A stretch of DNA of 64,000 bases from a virus, in IMG/VR virus record IMGVR_UViG_3300017447_000001, positions 1,227-65,226 of that record; one strand, written 5' to 3'. A program made the position numbers and the translations under genes. Numbering within the stretch: position 1 is the stretch's first letter; every line of letters begins with the position of its first letter. The notes beneath the pieces are model-generated. The model was not told where the DNA came from, did not search any database, and saw only the letters and a list, made by a program, of their open reading frames with translations. Of this stretch, positions 9,550 to 20,034 are shown one piece after another.

Positions 9550-10644
9550 ATGCCAGAAGAAACCGTAGAAACCCAAGTACCACAAATATCATTCGAGGAT
9601 GCCTTTGCCGCAGCCAGCAATGGAACGCCAGTGGAGACACCTGTACAGACAGAACAACCACAGGTTGCACCCACAGAAAACTCGGCTGAAACGATACCTG
9701 TTACGCAGGAAACAGATCAGGTAGTTATCACAGACGTTCCTACTATCGAGCAACCAAAAGAGATTGTCAGGGAAGTAGAGAAAATCGTCGAGAAGATGCC
9801 CGATTTTAAAAGTGAGGCTGCAAGGCGTATCTTTGAAGCCGGTGACGATACAGAGGCGCTAAAAACGTTCTACGAGTTCGCCAGAGAGAAGAACAAGGAT
9901 TACGGCACCATGTCAAGCATGGATGTAGTTAGGGAGGCGCTAAAGAAAGACAATCCGCAGTGGACAAAGAACGAAGTTGAACTGGAGCTGCGCGTTAAGT
10001 ATGGTGATGACCTTGAAAAAATTGACACCGATACCATTGACAGGGAATTAACCCCTGACGAATATAAAGAAGCTATCGACCACAACAGAAAAGTAGACCA
10101 AAATCTGCTGATGTTGGAGCGAGATGCAAGGGACAAGCGTTACTCATTGATGGAGGCGCAGAAAACCTTAGAACTACCGAAAATAGAAAAACCAAACACA
10201 GGCGAATCAGCACCACAAGGCCCAACCGCGGAGGAAATTGCGGAAGCTAATCGCCAGTGGGAAGCACAAGTCGAAAAAGAAACCCAAGGTTTAGGCGACT
10301 TCAAAGTGAACATAGGCGACAAGGAAGTCGTTTATAAGTACTCACCAGAAGAAAGGCAGCAAGCCATAGCTAAGACCAAGGATTTTAATTTTGAAACTTT
10401 TGCTAAAGACAGGGGATGGGTAAAGGAGGACGGAACTTCAAACACGTTAAGAATAGCCGAGGATGTGCAACTGCTTAACAACTTTGAAAAGATTGTTAAA
10501 GCTGTTTCTACCCAAGCTCAGAACCTAAAAACCAAGGAGGTTATCAAAGACATCAAAAATCTGGAAGTAGCCACCACAACAGCCGATACCGGCGTTCTTT
10601 CATTTGAAGATGCAATGGAGAATGCAAGGAGGGCGCACAATTAA
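9550..10644 (+). CDS. Probable capsid scaffolding protein
   Basis: Acidic, helical 364 aa protein immediately before the capsid gene. Confidence 0.65.
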   Translation: MPEETVETQVPQISFEDAFAAASNGTPVETPVQTEQPQVAPTENSAETIPVTQETDQVVITDVPTIEQPKEIVREVEKIVEKMPDFKSEAARRIFEAGDDTEALKTFYEFAREKNKDYGTMSSMDVVREALKKDNPQWTKNEVELELRVKYGDDLEKIDTDTIDRELTPDEYKEAIDHNRKVDQNLLMLERDARDKRYSLMEAQKTLELPKIEKPNTGESAPQGPTAEEIAEANRQWEAQVEKETQGLGDFKVNIGDKEVVYKYSPEERQQAIAKTKDFNFETFAKDRGWVKEDGTSNTLRIAEDVQLLNNFEKIVKAVSTQAQNLKTKEVIKDIKNLEVATTTADTGVLSFEDAMENARRAHN

Positions 10645-10675
10645 CCCAATTTAAAGCACATCTTAAAAAGAAAAA

Positions 10676-12028
10676 ATGGCTATTCAATCTGCCCCAGGGC
10701 AAACCCCATCAGTTTACAGCACCCCGACCATCACCAGAGCCGGTACGCTGATTTCAGAGTTAAACATTGTTACCCCGCGCCCTTATGAGCGTTTCATGAA
10801 CAAGTTTAACTTCACTCCATACATGTTGTTAACGCAGATGCAGAACAACGGTATGATTAAGATAACCCAAGAGAACTCTAATAACAAGATGTTCTATCAC
10901 TATGAGGACTACGGTCGTCAGATGGGTTTCTTTGTTGCCGCAGGTACGGTAGCAGGTGCTAACGGTGCAGGTGTAACCATCACCCAAACCGCAGGTAGCC
11001 ACTCTGCCGCTGGTACACGTTCATTGCCTGAGATTGGTAAAATCTTTTATAACTCACGTACAGCGGTAGAAAGCCGCGTGTCTGCCGTTAATAAAACTGT
11101 TGCTGGCGCACACGTTGTAACCTTAACTCCCGTAGTAGCAACACAAAGCGCTGCTGTGAACGCTGGAGACGAGTTACTTGACCGTGGTTACAAATACGTT
11201 GGTGAGGCTTCTGATTATACAGGAACCAATGTTAAAAACATTGCCCGTTTCACCAACTACTGCTCACAACTGCGTAAAGACTTCCGCATCACCGACTTGG
11301 CTTTGGCCGAGCAAATCGACTTTGAGTATAACGGTCAACGTTTCTACTGGTATAAAGGCATGGATGACATGAACAACCAGTTAATCCAAGAGAAAGAGTT
11401 GATGCTGTTGGATTCAAACTTAGCAACCAACCTGCCATACGCAGAGAGCGGTACTGCTGGTCTGATTCAGCAAATCACCGCTAACGGTGTTACTGCTACT
11501 TATAATGATTTCAGCGCCACTCAAACCTTACAGGAAATTGAGCGTGTGTTAGATAACCAAGGCGCTCCAATGGAGTATGACTTCTTATCAGACACCGATC
11601 AGGATTTGGATATTCAGGATGCTATTGCTACTGAGTTCCCTAACGGTGCGATTGTGTACGATCAGAACAACCTGCGTCGTGACTTCAAATCGTTTAAGCC
11701 ATACACCCGTAAGTTTAACTTTGCGCGTTACACCCCGCTATCAGAGCGCCGTATGTACGGTTCATCTGGTACTGGCGCACGTAGCGGATTCGGTATCTTG
11801 GTCCCTAAGAACACTACCACTTTAGATGGTGACTCTCGTGTGAACGATGTGCCACGTTTGATTGTACGTTACCAAGAAATCCAAGGTAAACAACTGGTAG
11901 TTGGTGAATCAGGTTTACTATCAGCAAACGGTCAAAACACCAAAGCTGACCTGACCATTTCACAAGTTGGTTACTACGGCTTACAGGCAATTGGCGCAGA
12001 TCAGTTCATGATTCTGAAAAAAGCCTAA
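10676..12028 (+). CDS. Major capsid protein
   Basis: 450 aa, position after scaffold, followed by a strong terminator; size and style of crAss-like HK97-fold MCP. Confidence 0.85.
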   Translation: MAIQSAPGQTPSVYSTPTITRAGTLISELNIVTPRPYERFMNKFNFTPYMLLTQMQNNGMIKITQENSNNKMFYHYEDYGRQMGFFVAAGTVAGANGAGVTITQTAGSHSAAGTRSLPEIGKIFYNSRTAVESRVSAVNKTVAGAHVVTLTPVVATQSAAVNAGDELLDRGYKYVGEASDYTGTNVKNIARFTNYCSQLRKDFRITDLALAEQIDFEYNGQRFYWYKGMDDMNNQLIQEKELMLLDSNLATNLPYAESGTAGLIQQITANGVTATYNDFSATQTLQEIERVLDNQGAPMEYDFLSDTDQDLDIQDAIATEFPNGAIVYDQNNLRRDFKSFKPYTRKFNFARYTPLSERRMYGSSGTGARSGFGILVPKNTTTLDGDSRVNDVPRLIVRYQEIQGKQLVVGESGLLSANGQNTKADLTISQVGYYGLQAIGADQFMILKKA

Positions 12029-12048
12029 TACCTTACTTTAATCTATGG

Positions 12049-12082
12049 AAGCAGACAAGAACATCACTTGTCTGCTTTTTTG
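12049..12082 (+). terminator. Intrinsic terminator after MCP
   Basis: AAGCAGACAAG/CTTGTCTGCTT 11 bp stem followed by T-run. Confidence 0.85.
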
Positions 12083-12121
12083 TTTATAATCACTATATTT
12101 GAGCAACAATCAGAGAAAGAT

Positions 12122-13006
12122 ATGCCAACATTAACAAAAGAAAAACCAGCCTCACTAATGCCCGAGGTGAAAACCTACGAGTACGAACTGTTAGAAACAC
12201 ACGCTCCCTACCAACCATCAGACCAAAACAATACAGCGTTAAAGCTGGGCAATGGTTTCCCGCCACTTTATTCTGTACCTAATTCAGGTGTAACACTCGA
12301 TGAAAAAAGTAACGCAAGAGCATGGCGCCTGATCCAAGGTCAACCATCCATTTGGAACGACGAGCAAAAAGGTCTGGATGAGATGAGCAAAAGACAAATT
12401 GATTCTTTACTATCACGCCCTGAGAACAAGCTAGAGTTCCGCAATGGTAAGCTAATGGTTAGAAGTGTCGAGAAGCTTAAAATAAAGGCGCTGGAGATGT
12501 CCGATTTGTTTGAGGGTAAGAAAGACCAGTATCAGGTTAAAAACCGCGTATACCGACTGAATAACCCTGACGAGATGGTTAACAAGGCGCTAGACAAACA
12601 AGCCAAGCAGTTTGAGGCGTTGAAGATAGCTTACGATGCTACAACCGAAGAAATGTTAGCCTATGCTCATGTTATAGGTATCAATACCGATGACCAGTCA
12701 GAAGCAGGGTTAAACAAAATAAAAAGCGCTTTCATTTCACAGGCAAGTTTAAATCCCGAGACTTTTGTGGAGTTATTTAGTAATCCTGCAAATAAGATAA
12801 AATTCACCATTAAAGACGCTATAGCAAAAGGCGTTATTTCATTCTCGCAGGTGCAGAACCGTTTAACATGGGTTCAGCAAGGAACTGAAATCATGCCGGT
12901 AAACGGTAATGGCGATGTGATTGGCGAGGTAGCCGACAAGGTGATTAAAAAAGATAAAGAAGCCGTAAAGATGTACGAGATGCTTCAAACACTGTTGGCT
13001 GAATAG
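12122..13006 (+). CDS. Hypothetical protein, probably head-module associated
   Basis: 294 aa from ATG 12122; position after MCP. Confidence 0.55.
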   Translation: MPTLTKEKPASLMPEVKTYEYELLETHAPYQPSDQNNTALKLGNGFPPLYSVPNSGVTLDEKSNARAWRLIQGQPSIWNDEQKGLDEMSKRQIDSLLSRPENKLEFRNGKLMVRSVEKLKIKALEMSDLFEGKKDQYQVKNRVYRLNNPDEMVNKALDKQAKQFEALKIAYDATTEEMLAYAHVIGINTDDQSEAGLNKIKSAFISQASLNPETFVELFSNPANKIKFTIKDAIAKGVISFSQVQNRLTWVQQGTEIMPVNGNGDVIGEVADKVIKKDKEAVKMYEMLQTLLAE

Positions 13007-13065
13007 AGTAAGCCTATTGAGAAAGAGGCTGTAGTGTTATACCCTCGCTTTCTTTCTCTCTTGTG

Positions 13066-13099
13066 GCCTGATGGTATAAAACCCGTCAGGCTTTTTTTT
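13066..13099 (+). terminator. Intrinsic terminator
   Basis: GCCTGATGG/CCCGTCAGGC stem plus T8. Confidence 0.8.
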
Positions 13100-13152
13100 G
13101 GATTAAAATTTGTTGTATTATTGTACAGATTAATCAATTAAAAATTTAAGCC

Positions 13153-13530
13153 ATGGCAAACCCATCAAAAAGCACAAAAACCGCAGACGAAGCCGCAGTG
13201 AATGATACTGTTGCACCAGGGCCGAAAGGCAAGCAAAACACAGGAGTTGAACAGGTGAACATTCCTGTATCAGCATCTAACGCTTTGGAGGCGGAAGCAG
13301 GTGTGCAAGTTCCGGCATCAGGACAAGATGTTGAAACCGTTGTACGTACATCCTCTTTTGATCCACAAAAAACCAAAATTCAGAACGAGTTTGTAGAAAA
13401 TACAGACAATAACGCTACTGAAGCAAGCGAATCTAATAGAAAAGTTTCCGCTGTGTTAGAAGAAATATTTAAGAATCATAATATTGATATTGTGTTGCAA
13501 AACGCATATCGCAAGAAAGCTGGTCTGTAG
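13153..13530 (+). CDS. Acidic low-complexity hypothetical protein
   Basis: 125 aa ORF bracketed by terminators. Confidence 0.6.
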   Translation: MANPSKSTKTADEAAVNDTVAPGPKGKQNTGVEQVNIPVSASNALEAEAGVQVPASGQDVETVVRTSSFDPQKTKIQNEFVENTDNNATEASESNRKVSAVLEEIFKNHNIDIVLQNAYRKKAGL

Positions 13531-13565
13531 GACTGCTGTTTTCATTAATTGTTGTTGATTTGATT

Positions 13566-13595
13566 ATCCCGCTTCATAAGAGGCGGGATTTTTTG
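13566..13595 (+). terminator. Intrinsic terminator
   Basis: ATCCCGCTTC/GAGGCGGGAT stem plus T-run; TATATTTG promoter element follows at 13612-13619. Confidence 0.8.
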
Positions 13596-13641
13596 TTAGT
13601 AAACAAACGACTATATTTGTTGTACAGAAACACAGAACATT

Positions 13642-14286
13642 ATGGATATAAATGAGATTTATAAGCGTGTAAAATACCTTGCTGATAAGGCGGGATTAGA
13701 TTCTTACATCAGTCCCGACGAGTTTAACCAGATGTTCAATGGCGCCTCTGTAAGACATTTCAATAGATTATATCTTCAGTATGCGTCAACGCAGCGTATA
13801 TCTGATTCATTATCTAAGTTCGTAACTGATCCAACACCACTTGAACCAGATGCAGATGGTAAGGTAGAAATGCCGGAAGATTTGATACATATTACCTCTA
13901 TAACTGCCAGCTATAAAGACACGCAAAAACAAGTTAAACGGGTAGAGGCAGATAGGGTTGCTAATAACTTATCCAGCACGTATGATGCACCCAGTAACGA
14001 GTTCCCTATATACGTCCAATACAAGGGTTATATGCAATTCTACCCCAAAACTGTATTCGGTGTTAACCTTACTTATTTAAAGCGCCCTACGGACGTTAAA
14101 TGGGCCTATACGCTACCAGAAGGAACAAGAAGACCATTGTATGATGCAGATAGCTCTGTACAAACAGAGTGGGCTGACGTCGATATAGATTCAATCATCT
14201 ACGAACTTTTGAAAGATTACGCGATGAACGCTAAGGATGGCGAACTGGAAAACTATACACAACTACAATCTAAACAACAGGCATGA
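13642..14286 (+). CDS. Tail ring / head-tail adaptor protein
   Basis: First of three ~210-260 aa genes before the muzzle gene, as in crAss-like podovirus tails. Confidence 0.6.
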   Translation: MDINEIYKRVKYLADKAGLDSYISPDEFNQMFNGASVRHFNRLYLQYASTQRISDSLSKFVTDPTPLEPDADGKVEMPEDLIHITSITASYKDTQKQVKRVEADRVANNLSSTYDAPSNEFPIYVQYKGYMQFYPKTVFGVNLTYLKRPTDVKWAYTLPEGTRRPLYDADSSVQTEWADVDIDSIIYELLKDYAMNAKDGELENYTQLQSKQQA

Positions 14287-14924
14287 CCACATACAGAAAA
14301 ATAAGCGAACTGATTATAGACAGGCACTATAATGGTTTCCCCAGTGACGATGCAACTATAACCATTCGCCACGTAGCCGAGTTGGTAGCCTTTGAAGTTG
14401 CCAAAGAAGTTAACCGTATCGTTAAACAGTCAGCTATTGAGAGCAGCAATGCAGGCGAGGCGTTCTTTGTGAATGACCAGTTTGTAACAGTCTATAACAG
14501 TCTAAAGCTAAAGACAGATGATATAACCGGCGAGAAGTATGTGGATATGCCTGCGAAGACAGTGATGATGCCCAACAACCAAGAGGTATCTTCGGTAGCT
14601 TTCACTGCTTATCCGTTCATTAAACTTGTTCCCATCAAACAAAAGGACACGTTCGCCCAGAACTTCCTTACGCATCCAAAAGGAATAAAGAACTATGTGG
14701 TAGAGGGTGATAGAATAGTTTTTAAGAACGTATCACAGTTAACCAACGGCAATGTAAGCGTGAAATTAACGGGCGTGTTGCCAGGAGATATGTTATTGGA
14801 TGCGGAGTTAAGCCTACCCAAAGATTCAGAAGCTACCATCATGGATAATGTACTGTTAAAGTTAAACCCACGGTTGACTGTACCAAGAGATGTGTTGAAC
14901 GATTCTCAGACACAAACCGCATAA
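14283..14924 (+). CDS. Tail ring protein
   Basis: Synteny, ATGA coupling, size. Confidence 0.55.
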   Translation: MTTYRKISELIIDRHYNGFPSDDATITIRHVAELVAFEVAKEVNRIVKQSAIESSNAGEAFFVNDQFVTVYNSLKLKTDDITGEKYVDMPAKTVMMPNNQEVSSVAFTAYPFIKLVPIKQKDTFAQNFLTHPKGIKNYVVEGDRIVFKNVSQLTNGNVSVKLTGVLPGDMLLDAELSLPKDSEATIMDNVLLKLNPRLTVPRDVLNDSQTQTA

Positions 14925-14933
14925 TAAAATACC

Positions 14934-15707
14934 ATGAATATTCCACTAAAAACAATTATAGCCAATTTTATATCCTCTGCTGACCTGTCCGAGCATCAGT
15001 TTATGCGCCTGTGGAACATTGGGGTAATGGGCGCGAGATCCTTTAATCTTGACATCAGTGGCAGGTTTAAAACAGTGCTATTGGATGTTGCCGCCAACAA
15101 GACTGCTGACTTGCCAACCGACTATTTGACGCTATCTAAGCTCGGTGTATTGAACGCTAACGGAGAAGTGATACCGTTTCGTCAGAATACTGCTTTAAAT
15201 GCTCTACACGCAGAGTACACGGATCAGTTGGATAACCGTAACACCTATCCTGCTATTGACCCTATAAACGCCCTAACAAGTCCTACACGCTTTCCTTTTA
15301 TCTGGTTGAATTTTACGGTGTCTGGAAGTGAAGGTTATCACCTGTTTGGTTTGGGGAGCGGTACGGGAACTGTGGGTGAATATAAGATAGACGAAGAATG
15401 CAGAACTATATTTCTATCGTCCGATTGGCCGTACTCGCAAATAGTTTTGGAATACTTGAGCGATGGGTATGACAGCGAATGTGATGACTTCGTAATTGAT
15501 GTTAAGGCTGAGGAAGCGATGATGTCATACATCCGATGGAAGAATGCCCAAGACAACCGTAAGAAATACAGTACAGGCGATGTCCAGTATTACAAGAGAG
15601 AGTTTTACAATCAAAAAAGACTGGCGAAGATGAGGTTAAATCCTGTAAACATAAGCGATATGCAGGCGGTGTTCAGGTCGAATATTAAACTGGTAGCTAA
15701 AGCCTAA
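14934..15707 (+). CDS. Tail ring protein
   Basis: Synteny and size; adaptor-like helical ends. Confidence 0.55.
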   Translation: MNIPLKTIIANFISSADLSEHQFMRLWNIGVMGARSFNLDISGRFKTVLLDVAANKTADLPTDYLTLSKLGVLNANGEVIPFRQNTALNALHAEYTDQLDNRNTYPAIDPINALTSPTRFPFIWLNFTVSGSEGYHLFGLGSGTGTVGEYKIDEECRTIFLSSDWPYSQIVLEYLSDGYDSECDDFVIDVKAEEAMMSYIRWKNAQDNRKKYSTGDVQYYKREFYNQKRLAKMRLNPVNISDMQAVFRSNIKLVAKA

Positions 15708-15710
15708 ACG

Positions 15711-18700
15711 ATGAACAAAGAATTAAGAAATATTGCAGGTGGCGGAATGAATCTGGACGATGCGCCCGACCTGATACAATCGCCAGATTATATTGAAGCG
15801 TGGAACCTGAGAACCACAGGAACCTCACAGGAAGACGCGCTCAAGGGAACAAACATCGAGAGCGCACAGGAAATCCCAAGGGTAATGCCAGGAGGAATAA
15901 ATAAAGGACTAGGAATAACAGGCTTCCCCGATGCGAGGAAGCTTTATTCGTTTGTATTCAACTCGCAAGGCTACCACCAATTGTTAGAAGTAGATGTTGA
16001 CAGCAATACTGTAAGTGTATTATTCACCAATCTTACCGACAGTGCGGGTGTAAACATTCTTCCATTAAGTTCCAATAACAACATTGATGACATTGCACTG
16101 TTTAACGGAGAGTACTTAGCGTGGACAGATGGTGGTACACCTCACCTATTATCCCTCAAAAGGCTTAAATCAGGCGCTATATCGCCACTTATTGAGGAAG
16201 ACCTAAGCTTAATCAAACCGCAGACATTAAGACCCGCTACAGGTGTGTACATAAGCGATACGGGCAGATCATCTAATCTTCTGTATGGTAAGTTATTCCA
16301 GTTCATCACTCAAAGGATTGGGTATTATGATGACTATTCTGCATGGTCAACCATCAGTAAGAGGATTATACCACAGCAAGAGAGTACTCCCACAGTAACA
16401 GTCGATGTTTCTAAGAACAATGCAATAATTGTTTATGTGAACGCTGGCAACAGCAGAACCCGTACCATTCGAATAGGCGCAAGGTACAACGACCTGTCTT
16501 GGTTTGTCATTAAGCAAGTAGAGAGAAGCTACATCACCAGTTTAACAAATACAACTATAAACACCTCAACAGAGGCGTATGAGGCTTATGACCCCGCTAC
16601 CAATACTTATTCTTTCCTGTTCTATAATGATGGGCTATACGAACCTATATCGGAAGTAGAAACAGACTTAGCCTATGATGACGTTCCGCTATCAGCAGGT
16701 TCTTTGGCGCAATTGAACTCAAACATTATATGCTTGGGTGATATAAAAGAGGGCTATCCTTTGCCCAAGGTTAAAGCAACGTTTAAGTCTGTGAGTTACC
16801 AGCCAGATCTCCAGATAGTCAACAACACCAACGCCAATCCATTCAGGATAAGTTCTACCTACTCCAGCGGTTCAGGTAGCGGACTGGGTAATCATAAAAG
16901 ATTGTTGAGGGTTATATTTACAGGAGTGCCAAGAACAGGTGATACGTGGAAGATAACATTATATGATATACGTGATATAAACCAGACCGTAAGTTATCAA
17001 TACACGGTAAAAAGTACTGAAGATGGTTATTTGGATGGTGTGGTTGGTAGTTCAGCGCCAATAATACCATGGAACTCTGTTATTTCACCAAGGGTGTCAG
17101 CTACCGAGACAGGTTTTGAGTTCAGGGGTGATCCATACTACGAGATATTATCTGCCTCTATTACGCTATTTAACAAAGGCTCAGGTGTCACACGGTCTGT
17201 GTCGGCGCTTAAATCCAACTCCAGTTATCAGGCTGCTATATCTTACAGGGATAGGTTCGGGCGTTATTTCCCACTGGTTACAGGTAATGACTTTATATTC
17301 AAAACCGCCTCATACGCGCAGACATTAGGCGGTTCGCCAACATTACAGTGGAACATACAGGAGGCCGCGCCCGAAGGTGCTGTAGACTATCAGATACTGC
17401 TTTCCAAGAACACCTCACACCAATCAACGCTGTATATTAATGGCGCTGTTATAAATTATAAAGGCCCGTGGGATGCGAAGAACAACAGCCCAGCACTAAA
17501 AGTTAACGAAGGAACAGTAGGTGACACTTATATAATCATACAACCCAAGACTGGGGACAGTCAAACCAATTTAGGCGGCAATAGCAGTGATTACCAATCT
17601 GGTGATTTTGTTGTTTATAACGGTTTGTCATGGGATGTTATCAGTAAAGACAAGGGTGATTTGTCATCGACGTTATCTTACCTGTATTTTAAGATAAATC
17701 CATTGGTGTTATTTAACAGGAAGAACTCACAAGTGGGCAATAGTGTGCTTAACTATGATTTCTCACAAGGAGACAGAATAACATTTGCTTATTACACGAC
17801 AGACAACAACACAAAGACATGGTTCAACTCGCCTACGGTAGATGTACAGGTAGAAGGATATGATGCCTCTACTCAAATATTAAAGGTTCGTGCCTCACAA
17901 TCTTTATCACCTACAACCCTTGCTGGGAAAGACGTGCTTATGGAGCTATATACGCCACTTAAACGCACAGACGTTAGTGATGATAACAGCGCAGATAATA
18001 ATGCCTCTACGATCTTCTATGAGATTGGAGAGCGTTATGCAATCACCGACGGAAAACATGATAAGCTAACGGGCAATATCACTGGCGGAGATGTGTATTA
18101 CAAAAGCAGGGAGTATGCTGGCGCGGTTGACCCGAACAAGCTGTTTACATTCGCTGTGGAAGAGTTTAACTTCAGTGATTTCTATCCAAGTAACTTTACT
18201 TCTTACGGCAGACCAAGAACAGTATTTGATACACTGGAGGCAACAGAAAAGAAAGCTTGCATACGTTATTCGGATGTATTTGTATTGGGTAGCAGGAACA
18301 ACGGCTTAACAAGGTTCTACCCAAACAGAATATATGGTGAGGGCGCAGGAGAGACATCTTCAAGTAAAGGGGCGATACGCAAGCTGTACCAACGGGGTAA
18401 TGTTCTGATGGTTATCCAAGACACCTGTGTGGGTTACATACAAGTGTACGGCACTATACTAACCGACCAAGCTGAACAGGAACAAATCGCAGCCTCTTCA
18501 AGATTGTTTGACAAGATAAGGTACAACCCGTCAGATATAGGCATAGGGACAGGCAAATCAACCTTTGCGGTAAGGGATAGTAACTGTTTCTTTATAGATA
18601 CCAACAGAGCCGAGCCTGTACGGGCCGGATTGGACGGTGTGAGCGTGATTAGTGGCAAGGTGAGTAAGTTCTTTAAGAAAAGAATAAAAGAGGCTGTAAT

Positions 18701-20033
18701 GGCAGGATATGGCTTGTCAGGGTACTATGATGACTACAATGAAGAGTATATTGTCTCTATACAAACCAATGGGGATGTGGTACAGGACTTATCCTTTGCT
18801 GTAGCGCAGTGGAAAACTCTTGATGATTATAATGTTCCTGCATTTGCTATATCCATTATCAGTCAGCCTCAGAACGGTTCTGTAGCTTACAACAGTTCTA
18901 ACGGGATGGCTACTTATACTTCAAACAGCAATTACACAGGAGGCGATAGTTTTACTTATGGGTTTAGTGTAAACGGACATCAGGTTACTAAGAAAGAGTG
19001 TGGACAGATTACAGCAGGAACAACCAGCATAAACCAGTTCAAGTTTAACGATGTGCCATCGGCTTCTTTAAGTTCGTATTACATTTCTAACTCCATATTC
19101 ATTATAGGAAACAACGTGCCTGTTCCAATTAGTATAACAGGTGGTGAGTATAGTGTTAACCAAGGCGACTGGAAAACAGTAGCAGGCATGGTTAACCCCA
19201 ACGATGATGTTAGGGTTAGGGTGATGTCATCTGGGCAGCAGAACATGACCGTATCGGCAACACTTACTGTTTCTGATGAGTCAGATACCTATGATGTTAC
19301 GAGCGCAAGTGTGATAACAACGGTAAATTACAAGGTAGTAGAACCAAGCAACCCATACGCTGATGCAAACCTCAGAATACTACTTAACGGCGTTGAGGTC
19401 AGAACTATTAATGGTAATGAAGAAAGTTATGTAGATGTTTCCGGAGGAGGAACCTTGAGATTTCAGTTCTTTTCAGAGATACAAAGCACAGGGTTTGCAC
19501 CTACGCTAACAGGTGTTGTTACGACTGGCCCTCTACAAGAGTTGTTCAATCAAACAAAACCAATCCCAGCCGATGGTCAGCTTGTATTCTTTTACGATGC
19601 GCCAACTGGAGGTGTTTTGAATGTAAGTTCTACTGCGGCTGCGGATAACAGTGCTAACGCCCCTTACAGGGTGTTTAACGATTTCTCCAATAACTACGTT
19701 GCTTATAGGCTTACCTCCGATTCAGATGATACGGGTATCCTGAGCATTCAACCTTCTGGTGTTTTGGATGCAGAACAAGCGTTTAACAGCGTGTCGGGGA
19801 GCAATGCAACGTTATTTGTATACGCGCCGACAGACTATACGGTTGCGCGATCGATACCTGATAACCAGCTACAGGGACAGTCGAACAATGGCGGAGTTTT
19901 ATTTAACAGAACACTTGCACAAATTCAGCAGGAAAAACAAAACGGTATTACTGGTATGCGGGTATCACAGGGAGCTAACCCAAGTCCGTCAGATCCAGAC
20001 CCAAACACAGGTGGTGAACAAGAAGTAAGTTAA
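15711..20033 (+). CDS. Tail muzzle/nozzle (stabilisation) protein, N-terminal part, with Ig-like C-terminal domains
   Basis: Starts GGMNLDD...DYIEAWNLR as in P22 gp10-like nozzle proteins; YKGPWDA fibre-like insert; Big_9/cadherin-like QPQNGSVAYN...YTGGDSFTY. Confidence 0.7.
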   Translation: MNKELRNIAGGGMNLDDAPDLIQSPDYIEAWNLRTTGTSQEDALKGTNIESAQEIPRVMPGGINKGLGITGFPDARKLYSFVFNSQGYHQLLEVDVDSNTVSVLFTNLTDSAGVNILPLSSNNNIDDIALFNGEYLAWTDGGTPHLLSLKRLKSGAISPLIEEDLSLIKPQTLRPATGVYISDTGRSSNLLYGKLFQFITQRIGYYDDYSAWSTISKRIIPQQESTPTVTVDVSKNNAIIVYVNAGNSRTRTIRIGARYNDLSWFVIKQVERSYITSLTNTTINTSTEAYEAYDPATNTYSFLFYNDGLYEPISEVETDLAYDDVPLSAGSLAQLNSNIICLGDIKEGYPLPKVKATFKSVSYQPDLQIVNNTNANPFRISSTYSSGSGSGLGNHKRLLRVIFTGVPRTGDTWKITLYDIRDINQTVSYQYTVKSTEDGYLDGVVGSSAPIIPWNSVISPRVSATETGFEFRGDPYYEILSASITLFNKGSGVTRSVSALKSNSSYQAAISYRDRFGRYFPLVTGNDFIFKTASYAQTLGGSPTLQWNIQEAAPEGAVDYQILLSKNTSHQSTLYINGAVINYKGPWDAKNNSPALKVNEGTVGDTYIIIQPKTGDSQTNLGGNSSDYQSGDFVVYNGLSWDVISKDKGDLSSTLSYLYFKINPLVLFNRKNSQVGNSVLNYDFSQGDRITFAYYTTDNNTKTWFNSPTVDVQVEGYDASTQILKVRASQSLSPTTLAGKDVLMELYTPLKRTDVSDDNSADNNASTIFYEIGERYAITDGKHDKLTGNITGGDVYYKSREYAGAVDPNKLFTFAVEEFNFSDFYPSNFTSYGRPRTVFDTLEATEKKACIRYSDVFVLGSRNNGLTRFYPNRIYGEGAGETSSSKGAIRKLYQRGNVLMVIQDTCVGYIQVYGTILTDQAEQEQIAASSRLFDKIRYNPSDIGIGTGKSTFAVRDSNCFFIDTNRAEPVRAGLDGVSVISGKVSKFFKKRIKEAVMAGYGLSGYYDDYNEEYIVSIQTNGDVVQDLSFAVAQWKTLDDYNVPAFAISIISQPQNGSVAYNSSNGMATYTSNSNYTGGDSFTYGFSVNGHQVTKKECGQITAGTTSINQFKFNDVPSASLSSYYISNSIFIIGNNVPVPISITGGEYSVNQGDWKTVAGMVNPNDDVRVRVMSSGQQNMTVSATLTVSDESDTYDVTSASVITTVNYKVVEPSNPYADANLRILLNGVEVRTINGNEESYVDVSGGGTLRFQFFSEIQSTGFAPTLTGVVTTGPLQELFNQTKPIPADGQLVFFYDAPTGGVLNVSSTAAADNSANAPYRVFNDFSNNYVAYRLTSDSDDTGILSIQPSGVLDAEQAFNSVSGSNATLFVYAPTDYTVARSIPDNQLQGQSNNGGVLFNRTLAQIQQEKQNGITGMRVSQGANPSPSDPDPNTGGEQEVS

Positions 20034-20034
20034 T